In this document: positions 9,456 to 21,433 of the stretch, piece by piece
Layout: each line of letters starts with the position of its first letter
Position numbering within the stretch: position 1 is the first letter of the stretch
DNA from: an uncultured Candidatus Rokubacteria bacterium
Lineage (GTDB): Bacteria > Methylomirabilota > Methylomirabilia > Rokubacteriales > DASRDR01
NCBI GenBank assembly: GCA_963826115.1
Contig: CAWGVS010000012.1
Span: 384,001-448,000, forward strand
Length of the DNA: 64,000 bases
Reading direction: 5' to 3'
Made by a program: the position numbers and the translations under genes
The notes under the pieces: model-generated
Told to the model about the DNA's origin: nothing
The model's database searches: none
What the model saw: only the letters and a program-made list of their open reading frames with translations

Positions 9456-10184
9456 ATGATCTGCTACGTCGATCTCGAGCATCCGGAGCTGGGACCGTCC
9501 ATGCTGTCGGAAGGCCCGGACGCGACCCAGCGCAAAGCCGATCTCTTGACGGTCAAGGCGCGCTTCGAGCGCCTGAGCGGTACCCCTTGCCTGCTGGTCC
9601 ACTTCACCCAGGTAGACCGGGCGTGGCTCGAGCGGCTCGGCGTGCGGGCCGTGGTCGTGAGCGGGCACTCGACGCTGATCGACGACTACGACCCCCGGAC
9701 CCTGGCCCCGCTGGTCGAGCTCATCCGGGAGACGCCGGACCCGGTCCTCGGGCTCTGCGGCGGCCACCAGCTGATCGGCCTCGCCTTCGGCGAGCGCCCG
9801 GCGCCGATGGGCGCGCTCGCCGCGGGCGCGCCCGACCCGCATCCGGAGGTGGCCCCGGGCATGAAGAAGGAGTGGGGGCCGTCGCGCGTCCGCGTCACCG
9901 CGCGCGATCCGCTCTTCCAGGGCCTGCCCGAGACGGTCGTGGTCGAGCAGCGGCACTTCTGGGAGCTGAAGGCGGTGCCGCCGGGCTTCGTGCGGCTCGC
10001 GGGCTCCGAGGCCTGCCCGGTTCAGGCGATCCGCCACGAGCGCCGGCCGCTCTACGGCGTGCAGTTTCACCCCGAGCGGTACACGGAGCTCCATCCGGAC
10101 GGACGGACCATCCTGGCGAACTTCTTCCGGCTCGTCGGCCCGGCGGCCGCCCCGGCGGGGGCGGTCGCGCTGGCGCGAGCCTGA
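9456..10184 (+). CDS. Class I glutamine amidotransferase-like protein
   Basis: VLGLCGGHQL nucleophile and YGVQFHPE triad motif; start ATG 9456 with ggagg RBS. Confidence 0.9.
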   Translation: MICYVDLEHPELGPSMLSEGPDATQRKADLLTVKARFERLSGTPCLLVHFTQVDRAWLERLGVRAVVVSGHSTLIDDYDPRTLAPLVELIRETPDPVLGLCGGHQLIGLAFGERPAPMGALAAGAPDPHPEVAPGMKKEWGPSRVRVTARDPLFQGLPETVVVEQRHFWELKAVPPGFVRLAGSEACPVQAIRHERRPLYGVQFHPERYTELHPDGRTILANFFRLVGPAAAPAGAVALARA

Positions 10185-10293
10185 GGTCCGCGACCCCAGA
10201 CGCGCTGCCGGCGACCCCACGCCCGGGCACCGAGCGGAGGGACGACGAGGCAGCGTCCGCGCGGCGGGCTTCCACCAGAGAGGAGAGCACGCG

Positions 10294-11907
10294 ATGCACG
10301 AGTACATCCCGGAGCTGAAGGAGCAATTCCGGACGGGTGAGATCACCCGCCGCGAGTTCGTCCGCACCGCCACGCTGCTCGGCATGTCGGCGGCGGCCGC
10401 GGGCGCGATCGTCGGCGCCCCCGGGCTCGCGCGGCCGGCCCGCGCCCAGAAGCGGGGCGGCGTCCTGCGGGTCGCGACCCGGGTCCAGAAGATGAAGGAC
10501 CCCGCGACCTTCGACTGGATTCCCATGTCGAACGTCGGACGCCTGATCGCCGAGTACCTCACGCTCACCGACCAGGACAACGTCACGCACCCCTACCTCC
10601 TCGAGAAGTGGGAGGCGTCGAGCGACATCAAGACCTGGACGCTCTTCCTCCGCAAGGGCGTTCAGTTCCAGATGGGCGCCAAGCGCCGGGAGTTCGACTC
10701 CGCCGACGTCGCCTGGAACCTCAAGCGCTGGCTGGCGAAGGAGACGGGCTCGTCCATCCGCGGCCTGATGAGCTATCTCCAGCCGGACGGCATCGAGGAA
10801 GTCAACAAGTACACCGTGAAGCTCCACCTCACGAGCCGCCAGATGGCCGTGCCCGAGCACCTCTTCCACTACCCGGCGGTGGTCCTGCCGCGGGAGTGGG
10901 GCGGCGACTTCCTGAAGGAGCCGTGGGGCACCGGGGCGTACACGCTCGACAAGTACGTCGTCAGCGAGCAAGCCTCCCTGAAGCGCCGCCCGGACTACTG
11001 GCAGAAGGACAAGCCGTACCTCGACGAGGTCCGGTTCCTCGACCTCGGCGAGCAGGCGGCCGCGCACGCGGCGGCCCTGGCGTCGAAGCAGGTGGATCTC
11101 ATCACCAGCGACGTGCTGGACGTGTCGGCGATCGACGTCGTCGAGCGCATCTCGCACGCCCAGCTCCTCGAGGTCAAGACCGCCCAGACCGCCGTCATCC
11201 GGATGCGCGCGGACAAGAAGCCGTTCGACGACGTCCGCGTCCGCAACGCCATGAAGCTCGTCCAGGACCACGCGAAGCTCCTCGAGGTCGCGCACCGCGG
11301 TCGGGGCTCGGAGGGGGCCGACCATCACGTGGCGCCGGTCCACCCCGGGTACTCGCCCGAGGCCCCGCAGAAGCAGGACATCGCCAAGGCGAAGGCCCTC
11401 CTGGCCGCCGCCGGCTACGGGAGCGGCATCGACGTGGAGCTCGACTGCAAGCCCTCCCCCGCCTGGGAGGTGCTGTGCATGCAGGCCTACAAGGAGATGG
11501 CGGCGGAGGCGGGGATCCGCGTCAAGCTCAACATCCTGCCGTCGGCGAAGTTCTGGGAGATCTGGGACAAGACGACGCTCGGGTTCACCGCCTGGACCCA
11601 CCGGCCCCTCGACACCATGGTCCTGTCCCTCGCCTACCGCTGCCGCGACGGGAAGCCGGTGCCGTGGAACGAGACCCAGTGGTGTGACGCCACCTTCGAG
11701 AAGATGATCGACGAGGCCGAGGGGATCCTGGACCACAAGGAGCGCAAGAAGCTCATGGCCAAGATCCAGGTCTATCAGCGGGAGAACGGGACCATCGGCG
11801 TGCCGTTCTGGCGGTCGGTGTTCGAGGGCGCGGACAAGCGCCTGAAGGGCTACCGGGCGCACCCCACCTCGTACCTCCTGATCAACGAGGCGACGCTCGA
11901 CGCCTGA
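10294..11907 (+). CDS. Peptide ABC transporter substrate-binding protein, Tat-type signal
   Basis: TRREFV twin-arginine motif, WTLFLRKGVQF, GTGAY, PFDDVRVRNA. Confidence 0.93.
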   Translation: MHEYIPELKEQFRTGEITRREFVRTATLLGMSAAAAGAIVGAPGLARPARAQKRGGVLRVATRVQKMKDPATFDWIPMSNVGRLIAEYLTLTDQDNVTHPYLLEKWEASSDIKTWTLFLRKGVQFQMGAKRREFDSADVAWNLKRWLAKETGSSIRGLMSYLQPDGIEEVNKYTVKLHLTSRQMAVPEHLFHYPAVVLPREWGGDFLKEPWGTGAYTLDKYVVSEQASLKRRPDYWQKDKPYLDEVRFLDLGEQAAAHAAALASKQVDLITSDVLDVSAIDVVERISHAQLLEVKTAQTAVIRMRADKKPFDDVRVRNAMKLVQDHAKLLEVAHRGRGSEGADHHVAPVHPGYSPEAPQKQDIAKAKALLAAAGYGSGIDVELDCKPSPAWEVLCMQAYKEMAAEAGIRVKLNILPSAKFWEIWDKTTLGFTAWTHRPLDTMVLSLAYRCRDGKPVPWNETQWCDATFEKMIDEAEGILDHKERKKLMAKIQVYQRENGTIGVPFWRSVFEGADKRLKGYRAHPTSYLLINEATLDA

Positions 11908-11937
11908 TCGGTCGCCACGACTGATCCCACTGTCCGC

Positions 11938-11971
11938 TTCCGGGCGCGGCCGACGCCGGCCGCGCCCGGAA
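11938..11971. terminator. Strong intercistronic hairpin after SBP gene
   Basis: 15-bp perfect inverted repeat ttccgggcgcggccg / cggccgcgcccggaa. Confidence 0.55.
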
Positions 11972-11990
11972 CCGGCCGTGTGAACCGACC

Positions 11991-12935
11991 ATGAGCCGGT
12001 TCTTCCTTCGCCGTCTCCTCTTCATGCTGCTGACGATGTTCGTCGTCTCGCTGATCGTCTTCGTGATCAGCGAGGTCGTGCCCCTCGACGTCGCCCGCAA
12101 CATTCTGGGCCCCTACGCCTCGGCGGACTCGATCGAGCACCTCCGCAAGCAGATGGGGCTCGACCTCCCGGTGATGACGCGCTACGTCCACTGGCTGGGC
12201 CGCCTCCTCCAGGGAGACCTGGGGATCTCGACGAACTACCAGGCGCCGGTCGCGTCGCTGCTCTGGCGGCGCGTCGCCAACTCCGCGATCCTGGCGGGCG
12301 CGGCCTTCGCGATGATCATGCCGCTCGCCCTCCTGCTCGGCGTCATCGCGGGGATGCGGGAGGGTGGCCGGCTGGACCGGCTGATCTCCGTCGGCAGCCT
12401 CGTGAGCACGTCGGTCCCGACGTTCGCGAGCGGCGTGTTCCTGATCCTGATCTTCACCTTCTGGCTCGGCTGGCTGCCGGGCTCGAGCGTGCTGGACCGG
12501 GAGAACTGGGCGTACGAGTCCCCGATCAAGCTCATCATGCCGGTCCTGACGCTGATGCTCGTGGACATCGGCTACGTGGCGCGCATGACGCGGGCCAGCA
12601 TGGCCGAGGTCATGAACAGCGGCTACGTGCGGACGGCGATCCTCAAGGGCCTGCCGTACTGGCAGGTCATCTTCCGGCACGCCCTCCGCAACGCCCTCCT
12701 GGCGCCGATCACCGTGATCATGCTCCACATCAACTGGCTGATGGGCGGCATCGTCGTCGTGGAGTCCCTCTTCGGCTTCCACGGTTTCGGCAAGATGATG
12801 CTGGACGCCTCGCTCAACAAGGACGTGCCGGTCATCGAGGCGGGCGCCCTGGTCGCGATCGCGATCGCGGTCGGCACCCAGCTGGTCGCGGACCTCCTCT
12901 ACACCGCGCTCAACCCGCGCATCCGGATGACATGA
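11991..12935 (+). CDS. Peptide ABC transporter permease (DppB-like)
   Basis: YVRTAILKG, HALRNALL, LNPRIR. Confidence 0.95.
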   Translation: MSRFFLRRLLFMLLTMFVVSLIVFVISEVVPLDVARNILGPYASADSIEHLRKQMGLDLPVMTRYVHWLGRLLQGDLGISTNYQAPVASLLWRRVANSAILAGAAFAMIMPLALLLGVIAGMREGGRLDRLISVGSLVSTSVPTFASGVFLILIFTFWLGWLPGSSVLDRENWAYESPIKLIMPVLTLMLVDIGYVARMTRASMAEVMNSGYVRTAILKGLPYWQVIFRHALRNALLAPITVIMLHINWLMGGIVVVESLFGFHGFGKMMLDASLNKDVPVIEAGALVAIAIAVGTQLVADLLYTALNPRIRMT

Positions 12936-13827
12936 GCCCCGGCGACGTCCTGCTCGAGGAAGCCGCCTCTCCGCCCCTCGCCCCGGCCCGGCCCTCGGCG
13001 CTCCGCCGGATCGGCCAGAGCGTGCCGCGGATCCTCGAGTCGCGGGTCGGCACGCTCGGGCTCGCGATCGTGCTCTTCTGGGTCGCGGTCGCCGTCCTGG
13101 CGCCGCTCATCTCCCCGTACTCGCCCACCGGGCTCGTGGGGAAGGTCATCCAGCCGCCGTCGGCCCGCCACTGGCTGGGCACGGACGAGATCGGGCGGGA
13201 CGTCCTGAGCCGGATCATCTGGGGGAGCCAGACGATCCTCCTCCTGGCCCCGACCGCGGTCGCGGCGGCCCTGGTGGTGGGCGGGCTCATGGGCCTGGTG
13301 GCGGGCTACCGCGGGGGGCTGGTCGACGAGCTCATCATGCGGCTCAGCGACATCATCCTGGCCTTCCCGGTGCTGCTCCTCTACATGATCATCATCGCCG
13401 CGGTCGGGCCGTCGGCGCTCAACATCGTCTTCGCGGTGACCTTCGCCAGTAGCCCCGCCATCGCGCGGATCGTGCGGAGCCTCGTCCTCGAGCTGAAGAG
13501 CCGCGAGTTCGTCGCCGCCGCGCGGCTCCGGGGCGAGTCCTCCTGGTACATCATGCTGGTGGAGATCCTGCCGAACGCGAAGGGCCCGCTCATCGTCGAC
13601 ATCTGCATCCGGATCGGCTACGTCGCCTTCACGATCGGCACGCTCGGCTTCCTCGGGCTCGGCCTCCGGCCACCGACCCCCGACTGGGGCGGCATGGTCA
13701 ACGCCGCGCGCAACTACATCCTCATCGCGCCCTGGGTGGCGGCCTTTCCCGCCCTCGCGATCTCCTCGCTCGTCGTCGGGTTGAACCTCTTCGCCGACGG
13801 GCTCCGCGAGATCTCGCTGAAGGACTG

Positions 13828-13828
<1 letters not shown>
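12932..13828 (+). CDS. Peptide ABC transporter permease (DppC-like)
   Basis: HWLGTDEIGRD, EFVAAARLRGE, PPTPDWG. Confidence 0.95.
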
Positions 13829-15894
<2,066 letters not shown>

Positions 15895-15921
15895 CCGGCC
15901 GGCCGCTCCGGCGCCCGCGCC

Positions 15922-16713
15922 TCAGTCGCCGGGCGCGGGGTCCGACCAGCGCGTCCGCGGCCGCGGCTCGCGCATCCCGTCCACGTAGATCGCGTCGACG
16001 CGCTCGTTGTAGAAGCAGACGAGATTCTCGATCTTCCCGCACTCGGGGATCGGGTGGCGGTAGTACCACGCGATGTCCCGGACCACCGTGCCGCCGGTCC
16101 GCACCGAGTAGTAGCTCGCCACGCCCTTGTACGGGCACTCGGTCTCGGTGTCCGTGGGCTCGAGGAGGTCCATCCGGACGTCGGCCCGGGGCACGTAGTA
16201 GCGGGTCGGCAGCCCCGTCTCGAAGAGAAGGGCCGGGCGTCGCGTGTCGGCCACGACCGCGCCCGCCACTTCCACCCGCACGTGGCGCGAGCTGTGGAGG
16301 ACGTCGATCCGCTTGTAGGGATCGCGGGCGTGGACGTAGACCTCGTCGTCCTCCTCGAGCCAGGCGTCCATTTGCGCCCACTCGAAGGTGATGTGGTCGC
16401 GCAGCGCGAGCCGGCCCGGCGGCGGGTCCGGGTAGCCCCACGCGGCATGCTCGGCCGTCCGGTCCCCTGCCCGCACCGTCCAGCAGGTGGCCCCCTCGCG
16501 CGGGCACGGCGCGGTGTGGCCGGCGGGCATGAGGACATCGGGGCACACGTCCGCGCGCGGGAAGTAGTAGACCGGGATGCGCCCGGGCTCCCGCAGCAAG
16601 AGAACGCGCTTGCTGTCGGCGACGAGCTGGCCCCCGAAGCGGACCCGCACCCAGCGCGGGCTCGGCTCGAGCTCGTGCCGGAGGTCTGCGGTGGAGGGGT
16701 CGGCTGGATTCAT
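15922..16713 (-). CDS. DUF427 tandem-domain protein
   Basis: Two repeats with YY(F/V)PRADV, TECPYKGVASY, AWYY..P; start ATG 16713. Confidence 0.9.
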   Translation of the reverse strand: MNPADPSTADLRHELEPSPRWVRVRFGGQLVADSKRVLLLREPGRIPVYYFPRADVCPDVLMPAGHTAPCPREGATCWTVRAGDRTAEHAAWGYPDPPPGRLALRDHITFEWAQMDAWLEEDDEVYVHARDPYKRIDVLHSSRHVRVEVAGAVVADTRRPALLFETGLPTRYYVPRADVRMDLLEPTDTETECPYKGVASYYSVRTGGTVVRDIAWYYRHPIPECGKIENLVCFYNERVDAIYVDGMREPRPRTRWSDPAPGD

Positions 16714-16798
16714 GGCGCCTCCTGTCGGGCCGGGTCGCCGCCCGGCGCCCCACGGCCCTCGATGGTCTGTCGGGAACTCACCACGGCTCGGCATCGAG

Positions 16799-16824
16799 CG
16801 TCAAGGCCGGCCCCCGCCTTGACG
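16799..16824. promoter_or_regulatory. Back-to-back -35 boxes / palindrome between divergent genes
   Basis: cgtcaaggc-N8-gccttgacg. Confidence 0.4.
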
Positions 16825-16945
16825 AGCTTCGCCCTCCCGGCGCACCGTAGGAGCCAGGCTCGGCGGCGCCCGGCGGGCGCCCCGACGGTCTGTCACCACT
16901 CCAGATCACGTCGCCGGCGGTCAAGGGCGCCCAGGAGGAGAGCCA

Positions 16946-18472
16946 ATGAAGCGGGTTGTGCTCGGACTGGCCGTGTTGCTCGCGCTCGGGCTCGGCCTTC
17001 GGGCCGAGGGCTGGGCGGCCCCCAGGGGGACGCTGACGATCGGCATCCCGACGGACATCAACACCCTCGATCCCCACATGGGCCCCGAGGTGAACAGCCT
17101 GAACGTCGCCTACTCGACGATGGAGGCGCTCCTCCGGCTCGATGCCCAGGGGAACGTCAAGCCGCAGCTGGCCGAATCGTGGGAGGTCGTCGACAACACG
17201 ACGTACGTCTTCCGTCTCCGGAAGAACGTCAAGTTCTCCAACGGGGAGCCGTTGACCGGGAAGGCGGTCGAGTACAGCTGGAAGCGGAGCCAGGAGAAGC
17301 ACCGGGCCAACAAGACCAACTGGGCGACCGTTTCCCGGATCGACCACCTCGACGACTACACCATCCGGATCGTCACCGAGAAGCCCGACCCGGTCTTTCT
17401 GAAGAAGATGGCCGGCGTGACCGGGGCGATCTTCCCGCCCAAGGCGACGGCGGAGGGTGGCGACGAGGCGGCCTCGTTGAAGCCGATCGGGACCGGGCCG
17501 TACATCCTGTCGGCCTGGGTGAAGGGCGAGCACATCACCTTCAAGGCGAACCCGAACTACTACCTGCCGGACGTGCCGAAGGTGGAGACGCTCGTGTGGC
17601 GCGCCATTCCCGAGGCGGCGGCGCGAGTGGCCGCGCTCCAGACGGGCCAGGTCGACATCGCGCTCCGGATCCCGCCCAACCAGGTGCCGGCGCTCGAGCG
17701 GGATCCGAACCTCCGCGTCTCGTCCGCGCTGTCGACGCGGACCTACTACATCGCCTTCAACAACATGACGACGGGCAAGGGCACGCCGATCATGGACGCG
17801 CGCGTCCGGCGGGCGATGAACCACGGGACCGACCTCGACGCCATCATCAAGAGCGTCTTCAACGGCCAAGCCCAGCGCGTGAACAGCCTGATCGGCAACG
17901 TGCAGTTCGGGTACGACTCGACGCTGCCGCCGATGGCGTACGACGTGGCCAAGGCCAAGCAGCTCCTCGCCGAGGCCGGCGTCCCCAACGGCTTCAAGGT
18001 CGGGCTGGCGTGTCCGAGCGGGGCCTATACCAACGACAAGGAGGCCTGCCAGGCGATCGCCGGATCGCTCGCCAAGATCGGCATCGAGATCGATGTCCAG
18101 ATCATGGAGTCGAACCGCTTCTGGGACCTGGAGGCGAAGAAGCAGCTTCCGCCGCTCTTCTTCGACGGCGTGGGGGATCGCTTCCAGGACCCGGCCACCC
18201 AGCTGCGGGGGGTCGCCCACCCCGCCTCGAACTGGACGGCCTTCGAGAAGAAAGAGTTCTCGGAGCTGATCGACCAGGGCGGGAGCACCGTCGACCAGGC
18301 GCAGCGGAAGCAGATCTACGCCAAGCTCGCGCGCGAGATGCAGGCGGACCCGCCCTTCCTCTTCCTCTGGCAGGTGAAGAACTTCGAGGGCGTGCGAAAG
18401 CGCGTCCAGGGTTACACGACCCGCCCGACCGAGGACATGGGCCACGTCGCCTTCGACGTGGGGGTCGAGTAG
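16946..18472 (+). CDS. Peptide ABC transporter substrate-binding protein
   Basis: Signal peptide, TLDPH, FRLRKNVKFSNGEP, PIGTGPY. Confidence 0.95.
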   Translation: MKRVVLGLAVLLALGLGLRAEGWAAPRGTLTIGIPTDINTLDPHMGPEVNSLNVAYSTMEALLRLDAQGNVKPQLAESWEVVDNTTYVFRLRKNVKFSNGEPLTGKAVEYSWKRSQEKHRANKTNWATVSRIDHLDDYTIRIVTEKPDPVFLKKMAGVTGAIFPPKATAEGGDEAASLKPIGTGPYILSAWVKGEHITFKANPNYYLPDVPKVETLVWRAIPEAAARVAALQTGQVDIALRIPPNQVPALERDPNLRVSSALSTRTYYIAFNNMTTGKGTPIMDARVRRAMNHGTDLDAIIKSVFNGQAQRVNSLIGNVQFGYDSTLPPMAYDVAKAKQLLAEAGVPNGFKVGLACPSGAYTNDKEACQAIAGSLAKIGIEIDVQIMESNRFWDLEAKKQLPPLFFDGVGDRFQDPATQLRGVAHPASNWTAFEKKEFSELIDQGGSTVDQAQRKQIYAKLAREMQADPPFLFLWQVKNFEGVRKRVQGYTTRPTEDMGHVAFDVGVE

Positions 18473-18486
18473 CCTTCGCGGAACCC

Positions 18487-18515
18487 GGCGGGCCGGTCGC
18501 GCTGACCGGCCCGCC
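18487..18515. terminator. Strong intercistronic hairpin after SBP gene
   Basis: 12-bp perfect inverted repeat ggcgggccggtc / gaccggcccgcc. Confidence 0.55.
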
Positions 18516-18630
18516 CCTCTCCCTCATGTCCGGTCGGCGCGGCCCCCGCGGTCGTTGACGAGCGCGTGACCGCGTCAGGTCCGCGGCGGACCGCCTCCGT
18601 GGCTCCCGCCGCCGTTCGGCTGAGAGTGCG

Positions 18631-19548
18631 GTGACCGCCTACCTCCTCACGCGCGCCGCGCAGTCGCTGTTCGCGATGGGCTGCGTCCTCGCCCTCGTGT
18701 TCTTCATGGTGCGGCTGACCGGCGACCCGACGGTCGTGATGTTGCCCCAGGATGCGAGCAAGGAGGACGTCGCGCAGTTCCGGAAGGCCATGGGCTTCGA
18801 CCGGCCGCTCGCCGTCCAGTTCGGGGACTTCGTCAGCCGGGCGGTCGTGGGCGACTTCGGGAAGTCCCTCCAGTACCGAACGTCCGCGTGGTCTCTCATC
18901 ATGGAGCGCTTGCCCGCCACGCTGGAGCTCGCCGTCGTCGCGATGCTCTTCGCCATCCTCGTAGGCATCCCTCTCGGGATTCTGGGGGCGACCCGGCAGG
19001 GCTCCGCGTGGGACGCGCTCGCCCAGGGGGTGGCGCTGCTCGGCCAGGCGCTGCCCGCGTACTGGGTGGGGCTCATCCTGATCATCGTCCTGTCGGTGCA
19101 GCTCAATCTCCTGCCGGTGGCCGGCCGGTCTGGCTGGAGCTCGCTCGTCATGCCGATGGTGACCCTCGGCATGGGCACACTCGGCCGCCTGACCCAGCTC
19201 GCCCGCTCGGTGATGCTCGACACGCTGGGGCAGGACTACATCCGCACCGCGTGGGCGAAGGGCCTGGCGCCGCGCGCCGTCCGGTACCGGCACGCCCTCA
19301 AGAACGCGGCCATCCCGCTGATCACGCTGATCGGGGTCAACTTCGGGTACATGCTGGGCGGTGCGGTCCTGATCGAGAGCGTGTTCTCGTATCCGGGCAT
19401 CGGGCGCCTGGCCGCTCAGGCGATCTTCCAGCGCGACTTCCCGCTGGTGCAGGCCGTCGCCTTCTTCGCGTCCCTGGTCGTCATCGTCGTCAACCTCGCC
19501 ACCGATCTCGTGTACGGTCTCGTGAATCCCCAGGTCCGGCTCCGGTGA
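18631..19548 (+). CDS. Peptide/nickel ABC permease (DppB/NikB-like)
   Basis: DYIRTAWAKG, HALKNA. Confidence 0.93.
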   Translation: MTAYLLTRAAQSLFAMGCVLALVFFMVRLTGDPTVVMLPQDASKEDVAQFRKAMGFDRPLAVQFGDFVSRAVVGDFGKSLQYRTSAWSLIMERLPATLELAVVAMLFAILVGIPLGILGATRQGSAWDALAQGVALLGQALPAYWVGLILIIVLSVQLNLLPVAGRSGWSSLVMPMVTLGMGTLGRLTQLARSVMLDTLGQDYIRTAWAKGLAPRAVRYRHALKNAAIPLITLIGVNFGYMLGGAVLIESVFSYPGIGRLAAQAIFQRDFPLVQAVAFFASLVVIVVNLATDLVYGLVNPQVRLR

Positions 19549-20357
19549 GGTGGCGCGGCCGGCCGTGGGCCTCGGCGGGCGCGGCGCTCGTCGTGCTCGT
19601 CCTCCTCGCAGCCGTGTTCGCGCCGGTCCTGTCTCCGCACCCGCCAACCTTGCAGGACCTCGCCCGGAGCCAGCAGCCGCCAGCGTGGCTCGAGGGCGGC
19701 ACCTGGGAGAACCCGCTCGGCACGGACCACCTGGGCCGCGACGTCCTGAGCCGCATCCTCTACGGGAGTCGCGTGTCGCTCATCGTCGGGATCGGCGGCG
19801 TGGCCCTCGCCCTCAGCCTCGGCCTCGTGGTGGGCCTCGTGGCCGGCTACCGGCGGGGCTGGGTCGACGACGTCGCAATGCGGCTCTGCGACGTCCAGCT
19901 CTCGCTCCCCTACCTCCTCTTCGTCGTGGCGATCGTCGGCGTGCTCGGCCCGAGCCTGCGGAACGTCGTGCTCGTGTTCGGGATCGCCGACTTCCCCCTC
20001 TTCGCGCGGATGGCGCGGGGCGAGACGCTGCGCCTCCGGGCGGCGCCGTTCGTCGAGTCGGCGGTGGCGACCGGCGCGTCGCATCTCCGCATCCTGCTCC
20101 GCCACGTCCTGCCCAACATGGCGGGCGTCCTGCTGGTCGTTTCGGCGTTCGAGATGGCGGCGATGATCCTCTACGAGGCCGGGGTGGGCTTCCTCGGGCT
20201 CTCGGTGCCGCCGACCATCCCGAGCTGGGGCAACATGCTGGCCGACGGCCGCAACTACCTGACCACGTCCTGGTGGATCGCGACGTTCCCGGGTCTGGCC
20301 ATCGTGGTCGGCACGCTCGGCATCAACCTTCTCGGCAACCGGCTGCGCCGGACCTGA
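19545..20357 (+). CDS. Peptide ABC permease (DppC-like)
   Basis: PLGTDHLGRD, FVESAVATGA, PSWGNM; GTG start overlapping upstream TGA. Confidence 0.93.
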   Translation: MRWRGRPWASAGAALVVLVLLAAVFAPVLSPHPPTLQDLARSQQPPAWLEGGTWENPLGTDHLGRDVLSRILYGSRVSLIVGIGGVALALSLGLVVGLVAGYRRGWVDDVAMRLCDVQLSLPYLLFVVAIVGVLGPSLRNVVLVFGIADFPLFARMARGETLRLRAAPFVESAVATGASHLRILLRHVLPNMAGVLLVVSAFEMAAMILYEAGVGFLGLSVPPTIPSWGNMLADGRNYLTTSWWIATFPGLAIVVGTLGINLLGNRLRRT

Positions 20358-20435
20358 CGGCCGGAGCGCGCGCCGCCGCGTGATCACGACCCCCACACGA
20401 TCGCGACGAACCGACCGATCGCGGAGGACCCGAAG

Positions 20436-21422
20436 ATGCCCAGGCGAAGCGTGACGGAGAGGCTCCGGAGCGGCGAGGTGCTGCTCATGGACGGCGGGAC
20501 CGGCTCGGAGCTCCAGCGGCGCGGGGTCGAGGTGCTGCTGGGCTCGAAGGGCGACAAGCTCGGGCCCTGGTCGGCGACCGCGAACCTGGACGCCGGGGAT
20601 GTGGTCCAGCAGGTCCACCAGGACTACCTGCGCGTGGGCGCCGACATCATCATCAGCAACAACTTCCGGACCACGCGCACGCGGCTCGCGCCCGTGGGTC
20701 TCGGGGACCGGTGGCAGGAGTACGCGCGCGCGGGTGGGCGGCTCGCGGTCCAGGCCCGGAACGCGATCAACCCCGAGGCGTACGTGGCCGGCGGGATGGC
20801 CGCCCCCGGACTCGGCATGCTCCACGAGCAACCCGGGACCGACGTCCAGATCATGGGCGACGAGGCGTACCGCCGGGAGTTCGCCGAGCACTCGCGGGTC
20901 CTGGCGGAGACCGGCGTCGACGTCATGCTGCCGGAGTTCGTCAACTACATCGCGGATTGCGTGGCGGCGGTGGACGCCTGCGCCGAAGCGGGCCGCCCCG
21001 TGTGGCTCGGCGTGCCGACCGTGACGACCGAGGGCATCACGCGGAACGGCGAGACCATGGAGGGCCTCGCGCACGCGCTGCGGGGCCATCCGGTCGCGGC
21101 GATCCTCTTGATGTGCAGCCGGCCCGAGGCCATCAGCGCGACCCTGCCGCGCCTTCGCCAGGCCTTCGACGGCCCGATCGGCGCCTACCCGAACGTCGGC
21201 TACAACCCGATGGCGCCGGTGGGCGGCCGCGTGCACCTCGGGCCCGACATCATCTCGGCGCAGGCCACCAGCCCGACGCAGCTGGCGCAGTACGCCGAGG
21301 AGTGGATCGAGATCGGCGCCCAGATCGTCGGGGGCTGCTGCGCCACCGGCCCCGAGCACATCATGGCCATGAAGGTCGTGGTGGACCACGCCCGCGCCGG
21401 GCGCCCGCGCGTCGGCGCGTAG
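20436..21422 (+). CDS. Homocysteine S-methyltransferase family protein
   Basis: LMDGGTGSEL, ILLMCS, IVGGCCATGPEHI. Confidence 0.9.
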   Translation: MPRRSVTERLRSGEVLLMDGGTGSELQRRGVEVLLGSKGDKLGPWSATANLDAGDVVQQVHQDYLRVGADIIISNNFRTTRTRLAPVGLGDRWQEYARAGGRLAVQARNAINPEAYVAGGMAAPGLGMLHEQPGTDVQIMGDEAYRREFAEHSRVLAETGVDVMLPEFVNYIADCVAAVDACAEAGRPVWLGVPTVTTEGITRNGETMEGLAHALRGHPVAAILLMCSRPEAISATLPRLRQAFDGPIGAYPNVGYNPMAPVGGRVHLGPDIISAQATSPTQLAQYAEEWIEIGAQIVGGCCATGPEHIMAMKVVVDHARAGRPRVGA

Positions 21423-21433
21423 GCGTCCCGGGC

